Below, in pieces: positions 16,174-30,357 of a stretch of 64,000 nt of DNA. The notes beneath the pieces are model-generated. The model worked only from the letters and a program-made list of their open reading frames with translations, was not told where the DNA came from and did no database searches. The stretch covers positions 141,360,001-141,424,000 of the forward strand of contig OZ024740.1 in the NCBI GenBank assembly GCA_964016885.1. Direction: 5' to 3'. Source of the DNA: Eledone cirrhosa. Taxonomy: Eukaryota. Both the position numbers and the translations under genes were made by a program. Every line of letters begins with the position of its first letter. The stretch's first letter is position 1.

Positions 16174-16393
16174 AACTGCAGTGACATCAAACCAGCTATT
16201 TTGCAGATAGATTTGACTAATTTATCAGCAATACCTCAGAAGATTTTAGAAGCTGTAGGATTCCATGACAAAGTGGATATCCTCATTAACAATGCTGGTC
16301 AGAGTTATCGTGGTCAAGTGATAGATACCTCCATAGATGTTGACCAAAGACTTATGACAGTCAACTACTTTGGACATGTAGCAGTTACAAAAG
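16174..16393 (+). CDS. DHRS7B: DHRS7B-like short-chain dehydrogenase, internal exon (upstream exons outside window)
   Basis: cag| acceptor and |gtgagt donor; VDILINNAG...VNYFGHVAVTK SDR motifs. Confidence 0.9.
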
Positions 16394-16989
16394 GTGAGTT
16401 CAGCTGAGTGTAATGTTTGTCTTGTAAGCACCAATTTTAGGCAGTAAAGTTCAATAGGCCCACTGACAGAACATGAAGCATGTTTGATGGGTGATCATTT
16501 TATTGATTGCACTCCAGAATATCTCCAATTCTATCTTTCTTTAATTAGATACTATAAATTGCTTCTGCATTATACTTGGTCCTTGGCAATCTGTCCAAAT
16601 CTTGCTAGCAGGAAAAATAAATGTTAAATAATGATGATATAAATATATATGTATCTGTGTCTGTGTATAGTGGCCACACTCATCAAATTGATTATGGTTG
16701 AATATCCATTTACTTACTAGAAACACTGAATTTTTCTGATCGGAGTGGACTCAATAGATATAATGAATAGACAACAATACCCAAACAAAACTGGGTGAAA
16801 ATAAAAATATATTTTAATTAATAAAATTTTTATAATTAAATCCCTCCTGTTTTCTATTATATCTATTGAGTAAACTCTGATCGGAATAGTTCTTTGTTTT
16901 TATTTCATTGAGTGAATGGATAATCAATCATAATCAATTCAATGTGTTGGCCACTAGGTTCACAACATTGATTGTTAACCTAGTGGTTG

Positions 16990-17190
16990 TGTAGGTGTCA
17001 CAACAAAAAGCACCCAGCACACACTGTAAATGTTGTTGGCATTAGGAAGGGCATCCAGCCATAGAAACCAAGCCAGAAACAGTTCTGTATGAATAAGACA
17101 TGGTCACCTGACCCAACATACCTCAAACAGGACAACCCATCTAAACCATGCTAGTGTGGAAAATGGAGGTTAAACGATGATGATAATAAT
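16990..17190 (+). mobile_element. SINE-like element sharing the RTE 3' tail (representative copy)
   Basis: CACACTGTAAATG...AGGAAGGGCATCCAGC...CCATGCTAG...TTAAACGATGATGA; more copies at about 22680-22925, 25070-25290, 34115-34270, 38665-38830, 54330-54650, 55490-55680 and minus 45421-45560. Confidence 0.8.
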
Positions 17191-17191
17191 G

Positions 17192-17222
<31 letters not shown>

Positions 17223-17233
17223 TACATGTGCAC

Positions 17234-17276
<43 letters not shown>

Positions 17277-17830
17277 TGTGTCTGCAGTGCAAAGACAACA
17301 AATCGGACTAAAATACATCATGATATAGAGTGGGTGTATTAATGAGGCAAAGATCGGTCAGTTTTGACTAGTAACCTCTTAAAGCTTCTTCAGGGAGCAT
17401 GTATATGTGTGTATGCATGTGTTTTCGTCGATGTTTCTGGTCCAGTAACTTTACAGTTAAACAAAAATGAAATTGATAAAATTTGAACCAGATTTGAAAA
17501 AATAAGGACTCGGGTCAATATGATTGGCTAAATCTCTTGAAGATGGTGCCCCAACATGACCAGTCTAATGATTAAAACCAATAAAAAAACAATGGTTTTT
17601 GATTTAAACACAAGGCCGTCGATTAAATCAACCCCAGTGTGTTACTGGTGCTTATTTTATCGACCCCATAGGGATATGTAAAGCTAACCTCAGCGGGATT
17701 TGAACTTAGAACTGGAAGGGATGTAACTCTATGCTGTGAATCATGGCGTTACCAATAAATAATAATAGAAATGGTATCTTTTCTCCCAAAACAAAAAACA
17801 AAAAAAAGTGCATTATCTTTTCTTTTGCAG

Positions 17831-17923
17831 CTCTTCTGCCCGTTATGATAAGTGGAGGAGGTGGACATATCATTGGAGTTAGTAGTGTCCAAGGTAAAAT
17901 AGGAATACCGTACCGGTCAGCAT
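17831..17923 (+). CDS. DHRS7B: DHRS7B-like exon with catalytic Ser
   Basis: tttgcag| and |gtaagt; LLPVMISGGGGHIIGVSSVQGKIGIPYRSA; phase matches neighbours. Confidence 0.92.
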
Positions 17924-18885
17924 GTAAGTTGGCTAAATATATTTCATTTTTTTAAATTTCCTAATGTCAGCATCTTCATATTTCCACTTAACCCTTATGT
18001 GACTATATTTCTAATGAAATACACTTTATTTCAACTAATTAATGAAGAATTTGGAAGCATTTACTAACATTTTTATTTTATTACTAACATATGGTTCTTA
18101 TATAAAATTATGTTGGAAGATTTGAATTTAAGTAGGAACCCTTTAGAATGGGTGTTTTTGTTTCATTGAACCAGAGCTGGTTTTGGCCAGATTGGTTTTC
18201 AAAAGGGTTAACCTATTTGATATGAAACAACCTGAAAATGTCCCTGGTTCTATAATAAAACATTATTTGTTTTAAACTGTTTATATTTATCTAAAAACCT
18301 TTCACTATAATTTTATGTAAGAAATTCCAGATACCTGCTTAATAGCAACTTATATTCCAAACACCAGATAAATAATGAGAAAGTTAGTTATATTACTAAT
18401 TCACTCCAAATTCAATTTTCGAAATTATTTAAAAATAATAGGCATAGAGATATGATTATGAAAGAGTTAAGCAGAAACATGAAAGGAAAGAGGAAGATGT
18501 TATATTGTTTACCACTTTTACACTTTACTGTGTATACTGAGTGCATTTCACTCTGGCACCAATGCTAAATTGTCCTCCATACAAGTATATCAGATTAAAT
18601 ACCTTAGTTAAAATAAGTAGAATGCTGTGTATATCCAGTTTAGAATAGGTACACCATATCACTGTATCTTATAAGAGGCAACTAAAACGGTTGGTGTCAG
18701 GAAAAGTATTCAACTTTAAAACATTACCTTAAAAGAGATCCCTTGATTTGCATGAAGCCTGTCATAGGGCTTGCAAGACTAACTCCTGCTTGAACAGTGA
18801 AATTACCATAAAATACTTTGGTGAGTGTATTTAAATTCTGGATGTTGTTATCATTCTTGGTTTTTCATTATTCCATTCCTACCAG

Positions 18886-19038
18886 ATGCAGCATCAAAAC
18901 ATGCATTCCAGGCTTTCTTTGACTGTTTAAGATCAGAAGTGTGTGACAAGAACATCACAGTGAGTGTGATAAGTCCCAGTTATATCAAAACCAATATCTC
19001 TATTAATGCTGTACGTGCTGATGGATCACAACATAATG
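18886..19038 (+). CDS. DHRS7B: DHRS7B-like exon with YxxxK
   Basis: accag| and |gtgagt; splicing completes [19 protein letters not shown]...[11 protein letters not shown]. Confidence 0.92.
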
Positions 19039-20859
19039 GTGAGTTCTCCAGTTTATTTCCCTCTCTGTCAGTCTATCATTCGGCTTGTATATGTTTATCA
19101 CTCATCTTGTATATCTGCCTGTCACTCAGTCGGTACAGTTCATGTCTGCATGTAATTTAGCCTGTATATTTCATCTGTCTGCCTATCATTCAGCTTGTAT
19201 ATCTGTCTCTTTGTCACTCAGCTTCTATTTCTGTCTCTATCTCTAAATCGTGTGCATCTGACTAAGTGTAGATGTGAGATGGCCGAGTGGATAAAGTATT
19301 GGGATACATGAGTCTTAGTTCAAATCCACTGTGAACATTCTAATCATGTTTCTCTGCATAACCCTATATTCTATATTGCCTTAACCCAGTTAAATGCTGG
19401 AAGTAGGTATCAGTTTCTGAAGAAAGATCAATAGGGTTGATCAGCCATTGATTAATAAACAACTGTGATTATAATAAACAACTTCCACTATATTTCATAT
19501 AAAACCTTTGTCTTTGGTACAAGACCAAAAATTTACGAAGTACAAATGACTTCAGTACAATGCTAGTACTTATTTGATCAAACTTGGCATGATGAAAAGT
19601 AAAGCTGCCCCAAGTAGAATTTGGTTTTCATACAAATGAACAACCAAAGAAGTTGCTTTCTATTCAGTTCTCTCTAGTGCTGATGCCACAATAAAATGTA
19701 CCCAGTACACTGTAAATCGGTTGGTGTTATGAATGGCATCCATATTAGTGGAATTGTTAGAGCATTGAACAGGATACCTTGTGGTGTCTGTTTCAGTTAT
19801 TTGTGTTCTGAATTCAATTTTTGCCTTGGTATTGATAATTAAGGTCAGCCATTCAACTATTGGAACACCCTATCTAAACACACGTGGCCAGCATGGACAG
19901 GTAAGCCTAAAGCCAACATAGTCGCTGAGGCATCATCCAGTAATAAATTAAAAACATGCTGGGTAGAAGTGTAAGATCACCTCAGAATTATTTTCAATGT
20001 CATTATGGGAATGAACCAGAATCAATCTTTTGTATGTGTTGTCTGATATAGTGACATCCAAAACCCATTTTCTTGTGTAGCCCTTTATCATTTATATTAT
20101 TCTATTTCTATATTTACTATTGTATTTTCACAGTAAAGGCTTTATCTTACATAATATCGAATGTACAAGATTTTGATGTTATTTATTTTGAGAACAATAG
20201 GTATGAGTGGCCAGTTACAGCCAATTTAAACAGAAAGAGGTGAGAGTTCTGGCCGGACACGGTCGGTTTAAATGCTAAAGTGGGTAGAGACTACTGAAGA
20301 TTTTATTTTTATGAAAGGCAGATAAAAATCAGTCTAAGGAAGCTAGAGATGATCTGTGTCAACAAAAATCATTTAGAAAAGTTTGCAAATGAAAAGACTT
20401 TGCTTGAAAAGTCAATTTTCAAACATCAGAGTAAACCATAGCAAAGGCAACCCACACAGGAGAGTAGTCACTCTGAGTAAAACCTGATAGAGAATAGAGA
20501 GGACTCTGACAGACAACTTCTCTAGTGTTGGTGGCATGATAAAATTCACCCACTCTTTGCTGTAAATTAGTTGGTGATAGGCATCCAGCCAGAAAACCCA
20601 TGCTAAAAATCCTGAACAGTGCAACTAGGGCATGCCAGAGCTCATCTCCTCCATGATATATCCACAAGGGCTCACGCATTTGAATTGTGTGAAAAGTTAT
20701 CAACTGGTTTGTGAAGTATAAACATGGGTATATGGTTAAGAAGTTTGAATTGCAACTGCATTATTTATGTTTCAATCTCACTGCAGGCATTTGGGGCAGG
20801 TGTTTTCAGCCATTGTCTTGTGAGTGAATTTTACAAGACGCTGTGGAGGGCTGCTTCCT

Positions 20860-21270
20860 GTTCTTGAATGTTAGATTTAATCTATCACCTGACTGTTTGG
20901 TATCTTTGACAAAATCCACCTTGTTGCGAGTATCTGGACTAGATCTCCAATCTGAGGATACCTTCTTCCCACCAGTCTCAGATGCACTGTTCTTTCTCCT
21001 CTGGCTAAGAGATCTTCTTCACCCACTTATTCTTGGGAGAGTTGTTGGGGCAGAGTCCTCAAACATGCCTTCCAGGGGCAACCATCTTGCTTGTGGTGTA
21101 CTTCTGGGTCTCATGCCAGTTGGTTTCTCTTGTAAAAACCTGTCCTCTTATTCTTTCCTTAGACATTTTAATCACATATCCATAGTATTGGAGCTGTGAT
21201 CTCTTGATTTGGAGTGACTCCCTGATCTCTGAGTTACGCACTCTATTGAATAACGTTATTCCAAAGAGAT
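20860..21270 (-). mobile_element. Decayed RTE (Expander/Rex3-like) 3' fragment in DHRS7B intron
   Basis: VRNSEIRESLQIKRSQLQYYGYVIKMSKERI; a similar fragment lies on + at about 23280-23560. Confidence 0.65.
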
Positions 21271-21998
21271 GAAAATAAAGTTTTTCCCTGATGCTACTTA
21301 CAGCTAAAAATTGTTCTTACCACAAACATAAACAATCCCTAGAACTAGACCAATCTTTCTATTTTGCCGGCTTCTTCCTATAAGAGGGTGTAGTATTTGA
21401 AGTGACAGAGATATTAACATTACTGGTTTTATATTTATGATAATGTCAGGATTCTTCAGCTGTGTCAAAGATATGACAATTTCCCTGTTGTTGGTGGTCT
21501 ACACAATAAATCTACCCACTACTCTCTGTAAAGTGGTTGCTGATAGGAAGTGGTATCTAGCAACAGAAAGCTTGCCAAATAAAGGGTTAGAAGGACTCTT
21601 CAGTTGTGTCAATTACAGACAACCTCCCTAGTGTTGGTGATCTACATGATTTGTCGTGTCACCAGTATACTACACCCAGTATACTTTGCAAAACAAAAGG
21701 TCAGGAGGACTTGTCAGCTGTGTCAAAGACATGACATTCTCCCTAATGTTGGTGCCACAATAAAATGCACTCAATAGAGTATGGAAATGTATGTCAGCGA
21801 GACATATGCCCCTGGTTTATTTGAGAGATCAGTAGCTTCATTTGAGTATTGACTCTGTCTGTGAAGATCCATCCAATCCTTGCTAGTATAGAAAAATGGA
21901 TGTAAAATGATGTACATGTGTTAATGTGTATTCTAATTTCTTTTTATTTTATCATGCTATTGAAAAAAAAATTTTTTCTTTCTTTTATATTTTTCTAG

Positions 21999-22210
21999 TT
22001 TTAGATGATACAATTGCAAAAGGAATGGAAGCTGATTATGTTGCTGAACGTATTCTAGATATGGTCTTATTAAAGGAACAAGAAGTTATACTTGGTCCTC
22101 CTCATCACAAACTTGCCTGTTACCTACGAGGAATCTTCTCAAATATATTCTTTCATATAATGGCAAAGAGAGCATTAAAAGAACGTCAAGAATTTGATAA
22201 AGAAAAGTAG
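21999..22210 (+). CDS. DHRS7B: DHRS7B-like terminal coding exon
   Basis: Polypyrimidine tract + tag|; VLDDTIAKGMEADYVAERIL...FFHIMAKRALKERQEFDKEK*. Confidence 0.9.
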
Positions 22211-22495
22211 ATTCACTCAAAATATATTCTGAACATATTTGATTAATTCTGAAATGAATTTAATTTTCAATTAACTGAAACCCCCATTGAGCCATTCTGA
22301 ACACAATTGCCAATTAAAAATATAATAATATTATTTTGTGTAATTATGATACAATATATATATTTATGATGGATATGACTGCACACATTCCTTGGGTTAA
22401 GAATGAGTTCTATTCTTGTTTATTTGTACGTTATTACATGGGGTTTAATATCTAGTGGCAGATAGTAAAATGATTTCTTAGTATATAGTTTTATT

Positions 22496-22501
22496 AATAA
22501 A
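22496..22501 (+). terminator. Putative polyadenylation signal of DHRS7B
   Basis: AATAAA about 285 nt after the stop, followed by a GT/T-rich tract at about 22515-22535. Confidence 0.5.
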
Positions 22502-25500
22502 TTACTGGTGCCTTATGAGTTTTGTTCTTTCTCTTCAAGGGCACCTCCATTGCTCAAACACTTGCCTTCACTCTCTTTTCTCCTCCCTCAGTGAGCAATA
22601 TGCAATGGTCATTACTACCTGCCCCTCAGTGTGACTTTCACCCTACTCCCATCATTTGGACACAGCATTCACCATAGTTTTGATGCCACAATAAAATGCC
22701 CCTTGCACACTCTGTAAAGTAGTAGTGCTGGTGTCATGATAAATTGTACTCAGTACACACCGTAAAGTGGTTGGTGTTGTGAAGGGCATCCAGCTATAGA
22801 AACCATGCCAAAATAAGATCTATGAGCATGACAGGGATCATCTGATCTGTCTGATTTCAGAATGTAACAACCCATCCAACCTATGCCAGCATGGAAAACA
22901 GATGTAAAACACTGATGATGATGACAATACAATTGTGTTAGAAAATCTTTTGTCAAAAGTAGGGTTTGTAAGGGCACAAATTGTGAAAATGTAAGAAAGA
23001 GATTTAAGATTAATAATTTTTATAGAATTTTGTATTTAAATTTTAGAGTCCTGGCAAAATACCTTGAAACTGAAATAATTGGTTCATTGGTTTATTAATT
23101 GGGTAAACTTTTTCTATACCCTTGCAGGTTATACACACTGCAACAGAATGAACTGATCAAATTAACTCCAACTATATTTGAAAATGAGTGAAGATGATAA
23201 AAATTTATATTCAAATAGTTTTCAAGAATAACTAAGACATACCGTTTTCATTTTTTTTATAATTACATTTCTCTGAATGGGGTTCCTCCGAATTGAGATA
23301 GCACAGCTCTGATACCAAAAACATGTGGTTAGAATGTCTAAGGATAAGGAAAGAATTGCTGGACAGATTTTACAGGCAAAATCAACCAGCGGGTGACCTA
23401 GAGGCAGACTACAAGCTAGATGGATAACATCCATAAGTCTGGTTGATCTTGCTTGGGGATCCAACCAGAATAATAGGAGATGGTTGCTTCTGATAAGATC
23501 CTCTGAAAGGTATGTCTGAGGACTCTTCCCCCCAGAAATAAGTGGACAAAGAAAAATAGTGTATTTCATTAGAGATATGGTCATGAAAAAGATTCAAGAT
23601 GAATCTCTTCCTGAACAGGATGCTACTTTACTGCAGGTAACTTTTTCAAAAAGAAATTCTGGTACCTTTTTTACCTTGGTAAACCAAAGCAATATAGGGA
23701 TGTTATTTGCAGAAATACAAGCCATCTGGGGGTGAGTTTAACCCACGTGGTGCAAATCCAATACCTTATATTTTCACCCGTTTCACATTTATCCCAAAAG
23801 GTCACATAACCCATCATCATCATTTCTGTTTTTCCATGCTTGCATGGGTTAGACTGGTCATCAAACAAACTCAGTACTTAATCAGGGCTACTGATCTCTC
23901 AGATGAGCTGGGGGCCTGCATCTCACATACATTCTAGCACTTAACAGTGTACTGGGTGCATTTTATTGTGAGAAAAGTTGTGTCCTTGACAAGTGAAGAG
24001 TCCTCATGATTCTTTGGTAAGTTTTTTTATGGCTGAATGCCATTCTTCACATTACTTTACAGAGCATACTGGATGCATTTTATCATGGCACCTGCATAAG
24101 AGAGGTTGTCTACAAAACATGAAACCTAAATCACTGACTGAAACCATTAAAATAATTAAGAATCTGATTCTCTTAGTGGTTCAACAAAAAAAGATTGATA
24201 AAATAAATACCAGACTTCAAAAAATAAATTCTAAAGTAGTGACCTGGCATGGCTACAGTCTAATGACTGAAACCAGTAAAAGAACCACATTTAGCACCAG
24301 GTAAGCACAGATCAAGCTGACCATATTCATATTCAAAGGCCTTGACTAATCTTTTACTGATTTACTCTTTCTAAGGCTTTCTATTTTAAAGATGATTAGA
24401 TTAATTTGACTGCTAGTTTTAGTAGTTTGAGTGACTGTATAGCTTACTCATTGAATCACACTATCATTCAATTTAAAAACTTTCTCCAGGCTCTTGTAAT
24501 TTTTGAAAATAAGTGGAGACAAGTTAGAAAGGGTTTCATTCATTCTTTTTCAGACAAAAAAACAAAACAAAAAATCTTCCAGTCCGCATTAAATGTGCTA
24601 TGTATAGTTGCAGGGGTAAGTGTTGTGTCCTTGTATGGCAGGCCACATGTCTGGGACAGCCAGTCTATTTCCATGGGCAATTATCACATCAGTTTTGATC
24701 TCTACAAACTTTGTATCCTTCTTCTCTTGAACATATTGCCATCTTGGAACATATATTCATGGCAATGGATTCTTTATGCTGTGCTATTAATTTCCACAGC
24801 AATGCATGACCTGCAGCTCATCAGGCTTACCATTTCTAAAGTCTGTCTCAAACCTCAAGGCTGGTGCTTTTCCTTGGCGTTGACTGAGAGTACAAGACTT
24901 CCTGCTGGACATAGCGCCAGTCCATTGCAGGGATAACCTCTCAGCTACTGCTGGTACTCATTTTCAGCTGAGTATACTTGAGTAACTAAGAGGTGCACAA
25001 ATATATAATCACTGTTGGATGGGTAGAGAAAACTCTTTAGTTTTGTTGAGGACATGAATGCCTCTCTAGTGTTGGTGTTATGATGAAATGCAACCAGTAC
25101 ACTCTGTAAAATGGTTAGTTTTAAGAAGGGTATCGAACCATAGAAACTATACTTTAAAAATGGAGCATATGACCAATACATGGTCTATTGACCTATCTAG
25201 TAGGGCAGTAACTCCAAATAAGAACTAATTCAGACCATGAAAAACTGTCGAACACATACCAGCATGGAAACCAAATGTTAAATGATGATGAATATTAAAT
25301 GATGACCTTGCCACATATTCAAATTAAACAAATTGAAAAAAGGAAAAAGTTCTCAATATTAAAATAAATTCAACTATTTTTTTAAAAAATACAAATATAA
25401 TGATTATTTCCCTTGAAGCGTCAAGTTGTTAGCTAAAGAGAGAGAAGTCTTCATTAAAACTTCAATGTAACATACAGAATCACCTAACATGGAAGGTATT

Positions 25501-25575
25501 ACTTTCAAGAATGCATGTTAACATATAATTTGTTCAAGTATAAATAAAAATAAATACTCCCAATTTTCTTTGAAA

Positions 25576-26958
25576 TTATTTCTTTTGCCTTCTCTTTTTA
25601 ACAAGATAATTACCACTTTCAATGAAGTGGGGTCTTGGTCGTTCGTAATTAAAACCAGGGATTTTTTCAATTTTTTCAGATGTCAGTGGTCTGAGGATAA
25701 TACCAGTAATGGCACTAATTTGATTTTCACGAATAGTGAAACGTTGTCCATTCAAGAATACCATCGGTTTTCTCAGTAATATCTTTGTTTTTATAGTATC
25801 ACCTGGCATAACTAAAGGTGAATCGTCCGGTAGATACACGCAACAGGCAATATTCCAAGTAGCACTATATAACTGCTGGATGTATTTGTGGCAAATGGGT
25901 TTATTACGTCCTCCTTCGGCTGGAGATAGAATGTAAATTTGTGCTTCAAACATGTCATACTGATGAAAAGTGGCAGGCTGGGCCAAAAACATACCACGTA
26001 GCACTGCTTCTTGACGCATACCTCTTAAAAGTGCACCTGCATTGTCACCGGCTGAACATGACAAAACTGAATTTTTGAAAATTTGTATATCAGATACAAT
26101 AGATTTTAACAATGTGCCGCGACCTAGTATCTCAACATTATCCCCTTTTCTTACAACACCTTGTTGAACAGTTCCTACAGCAACAGTACCTCTTCCTTTA
26201 ATTGCTACAACTGAGTCTATGGGAAAAAGAAATGGTGCTTGTATATTTCGATCAGGAATAACCAGGTGGTCATCCATCACTGTAATTAATTCTTTAATAG
26301 AATCTTCAAACTGAGCTACACCATTCAAAGCTTGAAGTGCCGATCCCAAAACTACCGGTGTACTTTTTCCATCGAAACCATACTCGTCTAACAATTCTCG
26401 AGTCTCTATTTCCACAAGTTCAGCTAGTTCAGGATCAACTAAATCAACCTTGTTAAGGAAGATGACAATCCTTTCAATTCCTATTTGCTTTGCTAAAAGG
26501 AGATGTTCACGAGTCTGTGGCATAGTACCATCTGTAGCTGCAACAACCAAAACAGCCCCATCCATTTGCGAGGCACCCGTAATCATATTTTTAATATAAT
26601 CAACATGACCCGGACAGTCTATATGAGCATAATGTCGGCGCAAACTTTCATACTGAACAAGTGCCGTGTTAATAGTAATTCCACGCATTCTTTCCTGAGG
26701 TGCACGATCGATATCCTCATAGCACGTGTACTTGGTTAATCCTTCTTTGGAAAGTACTTTAGTAATAGCAGCAGTTAAAGTCGTCTTACCATGATCTATA
26801 TGGCCAATCGTGCCGACGTTACAGTGTTGTTTAGGACTTGGTTTACTGGCGAATTTTCTGTAGAAGTGTTTCCAATTAGGTTTTATATTTGAGAAATGTC
26901 TTGAAAACGTAAACATCCTTAATAAACATGCATTTGCGTTAACAATGTGTAACGACAT
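25576..26958 (-). CDS. TUFM: Mitochondrial elongation factor Tu, divergent EF-Tu2-like paralog, intronless, 460 aa
   Basis: [27 protein letters not shown]; N-terminal basic leader without acidic residues (presequence-like); first ATG at 26958; C-terminal basic extension. Confidence 0.93.
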   Translation of the reverse strand: MSLHIVNANACLLRMFTFSRHFSNIKPNWKHFYRKFASKPSPKQHCNVGTIGHIDHGKTTLTAAITKVLSKEGLTKYTCYEDIDRAPQERMRGITINTALVQYESLRRHYAHIDCPGHVDYIKNMITGASQMDGAVLVVAATDGTMPQTREHLLLAKQIGIERIVIFLNKVDLVDPELAELVEIETRELLDEYGFDGKSTPVVLGSALQALNGVAQFEDSIKELITVMDDHLVIPDRNIQAPFLFPIDSVVAIKGRGTVAVGTVQQGVVRKGDNVEILGRGTLLKSIVSDIQIFKNSVLSCSAGDNAGALLRGMRQEAVLRGMFLAQPATFHQYDMFEAQIYILSPAEGGRNKPICHKYIQQLYSATWNIACCVYLPDDSPLVMPGDTIKTKILLRKPMVFLNGQRFTIRENQISAITGIILRPLTSEKIEKIPGFNYERPRPHFIESGNYLVKKRRQKK

Positions 26959-27129
26959 GATGCAAAGGGTTGCCCTTGAACAGGGCGTGACATCTGGCGG
27001 TTCGAATGGCAAGTCCGATAACTCTAAATTACTAATCTACTGTAAACAAAATCTCGGTCGCCTGGAAAATTCAAATAAACTATCAATCCAGTTAGTTCCA
27101 AATTTAGGCACAAGGCCAGCAATTATAGC

Positions 27130-27620
27130 GGAAAGGGGAATGTCGGGCGTTCTTTCGTTTTAATATCTCTGAATTGCGGCATTGTTCGCCATTCATACAT
27201 CCGTACGCAATCGGGATAGAGAAGAACTGATCGCGCTAAACTAGTTTGTGACAGGTTTGTTTGTTTCTTTTGATTTTTTGAAAATCAATTATTAACCTAG
27301 CATTAACATAGTTGTATATTTTTAGTAAATTTATAGAAGTACACCCTCCTCGGTTTCAGTGGGAACATTTTTTTTCCTTGGATTTTTCACGTGCTAGCAA
27401 TTAATCCAACCTCCAAGATGCTGGCAATCGGCTTTTTCCCAGGAAAACGGAGGAAGTGCGGTGGGTAAACCCCCCCCCCCCCCCCAAACCCCTTGGAGTT
27501 TTCTCTACGATTTCTTTTACGTGTTATAAACGAATATAACCTCAAAACTATTCGAAAATGACTAGCTTAGTAGAAAAATGATGGGGAAAGAGGGTGGAAA
27601 GCCCATCGGAGTTTCGCAGA
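27130..27620. promoter_or_regulatory. Probable promoter region of the EF-Tu gene, possibly bidirectional
   Basis: Local CpG enrichment relative to flanks, GGAAGTG ETS-like motif near 27452, poly-C tract, and a plus-strand CAG|gtttgt donor-like site at 27254. Confidence 0.35.
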
Positions 27621-29049
27621 TCTACACCTAAAGTGCCAGTCTAGTACTGGAGGTCGATTCTTCTTCTATATCTCTATCTCACTTTCATTTTCTCACTCTC
27701 TCTATCCTTTTCTGGAATAAATCTACTGTATTCAAACTTCGAGAGATGGGCTCTGCCAGGTTTTAAAAATGCCCTAGAATCTACCTACGTCAATACAGTG
27801 CCCCTAAGATTCTGTAGCGGTTGTCTCCCTTGTTTGGATTGGCGTCTGGACAGGGGGTGGAACCCTTTCTGCAACTTCCGGTCAGTACCCTATAAAACTA
27901 ACAACTTTAAGCTCTCATTCTCTCATTGCCTTTTCGGCACCAGGTCAAGAGCCTCTCATTTGGCTCTGCCATTCATTTGGCCAACAGGCGCCTGGCCTTA
28001 GCCAGGCGTCCTGTGCCAGCCGCGTTTGCCTGGCAATCAAAACGGTAACTACTAACTTTGCTTCATTCTATCATCTATTACTTTGACATGTCAACTATAC
28101 TATCTACCATTGTTAATTAAATATTATCTACACAAACAATGTATTCCTTGTTACATTCATGCAACCCTATTACTCTCGCTATAATTCCATCGGGAGTTAT
28201 GAGACCATACATGCATGCATTACTGAAGCAATCACAATGGGATCAGAAACGGTAAGCACACACACACATATATATATATATAAACGACCTAATGAAAGAT
28301 TAATTAATTGGTTCGTTTGCTTGCCAGAGCATACGATGGTGATGACAGTTGATCTGGAAAGGCAGATGAAAATTCTAGTCATCATCTTGTTTTTTGAGGT
28401 GACAAGGCAGTTCATTCTACTGAAGCTAGCTGTTGTCTGGGATGAGACGATGTATGAGGCACAAGAGAGTGGAGTGTTGGTGGTGGGTTGTTGCAAGAAT
28501 GGGTGGAGGACCAGATGCATGCTAGGGGAGGTTGGCAGCTTGAGTCCTTAGTAAAGCCTATGGAACTCTAGGCATTGCTGGAGCAGAGAGTGCATCTAGA
28601 TGGCTCTGGCTGAAGAGATATGATCATTAGGATCAGTAGTATGCATGTCACTTGGACACTGACTGAGGCTTGATTAACTTGGGTCGTTTGCATGTTAGTG
28701 TATGTTGTAAGACTAAAAACACCCAGTAAGTCTAGAATAGAACACTGATGATGTGTCCAAAATTTTGCATCTATAGATGTGTGAAGGACTTGAACTTGAA
28801 TGTATGTTCTTTTGGTTTTATTATTTTATAAATTTCCACCAATAGAGAGAGAGCCAGTTTCTAATAGAGACACAAAACGCTTTCATTGGAATTTAGTCAA
28901 CATCAACTAGGTAAATGTGTATGTATGTCTGTATGCATTTGTGTCTGTGTGCAGGTAGGGATGTTACTGTGTGTGTGGATCTGTATGTTTTGTTATATGC
29001 ATACACATGCATATGTTTTTATATGTGTGTGTGTATGCAGTTATTACTT

Positions 29050-29760
29050 GTAAAATTTCTGAAATGCTTTGCAACTTCCTAACTAGTTGTGTTCTTTCTG
29101 GTTCTGTGAAACCCAGCTTCTCAAAGTTTGAACTGAGGCAGTTAATAACATACCCAAGTATCCCAATGATCACAAATACCAAGCTAAATGTATAGTTAGG
29201 GTGGAGTGTCACTAATATTTAATATTATAACATCTGGACGACTGATTGTCACTACTGTGTATGCCTTCTTTTCTCTGTCCCATATAACTATGCATGGTCT
29301 GTTATGTTTGTATTTTATTGGGGTTTTGATTGGAATACTCCACCAGTATTCTTTCATATTATGTATGTATATGTCCTGCACATCACTGTAGCGTTTTATA
29401 TATTTATTCTCAGGACTATCCTTTCTATGAACTACTTTGTATAGTGTTTTGGCTACTACATCATTCCTCATAAGAAGATAGTATTGTGATGACATATTCA
29501 AACAACTGCTTATGATATGGGTGACATATTCGATGTTTATTCCGCAGTGTTTACATCAGTCATCATATCTAGGTGTTTTGCCTGTATCCCTATCTAGTTT
29601 GTGCACTAGGTATTTCATTGTTATTTCCTGTTCCTGGAGTGCAAAAGCATATCTTTCAAAGTGAGAGCTAATACACTGGTTGATGGTCCAAGATAAACTA
29701 TATTACTCTTACTTTGAAGCTTTCTGGAATGTAGCCAAGCATGACCTTTTAGTAACAAGC
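29050..29760 (-). mobile_element. Decayed RLE-type non-LTR retrotransposon (R4/Dong-like), 3' part
   Basis: FALQEQEI, CKHC...THIISSC zinc knuckle, RND (RHD), HNRPCIVIWD (PD-D/E nuclease), VIIGILG. Confidence 0.8.
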
Positions 29761-30264
29761 ATGCAGCTTTTCATTAGTGGATTTGTTATGGTATTGCTAT
29801 AAAATTTCCCTGAATGTTAGTTTTTTGTTACCATGCAGGGAGTATTTCTCAAAAAGCTCTTTCCAAACTCTGATAAGGTTATCTGCCTCATGTATACTGA
29901 CTTATGGATGGGCTTCAACCGTTAAACAAGATTTAAAGAAACATATTAAAATCATAGTTTTCAAATAGAAAGAATATCCTCATGCCCAACAGCAGCATCC
30001 TTAGGTACACCGGTTTTCAACTAACTCTCACTTCTGGCTCTGTGACATTTTTCAGCTATAGCCTTGTAACTACTTTTGTAAGCAGGTTAAACTTAGTGAA
30101 GGACTGGTTGCTTGGAGAAGAGATGGATACTGCCAAGCCTTTCTATGGCCCAATGAAGTGCCATGATGGACACACAGCTAAACATCTAGTCGCCCACCAC
30201 CACCCCCACCAATGACTGGCTGGATAAGAGTTGCGGGATCTTGATTGGTTGATGTGTGTATATA

Positions 30265-30297
<33 letters not shown>

Positions 30298-30357
30298 TTG
30301 TATGCATGCTGTATTAAAAATATTTTGCATACGTTTTGTCTTTTTCATATTTCCTTA

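Noticed and set aside
17345-17400. Second hammerhead on the minus strand (CTGAAGA core)
   Set aside because: No clean stem II, GAAA or stem I pairing could be built; at best a decayed remnant.
25576-27012. Bacterial tuf from contamination or horizontal transfer, and the TTG start at 27012
   Set aside because: Has a presequence-like leader, host-like AT content and host SINE flanks; the first ATG at 26958 is the likelier start.
27984-28016. GC-rich hairpin ACAGGCGCCTGGC-CTTA-GCCAGGCGTCCTGT
   Set aside because: Isolated stem-loop probably from a decayed repeat end; no RNA family recognised.
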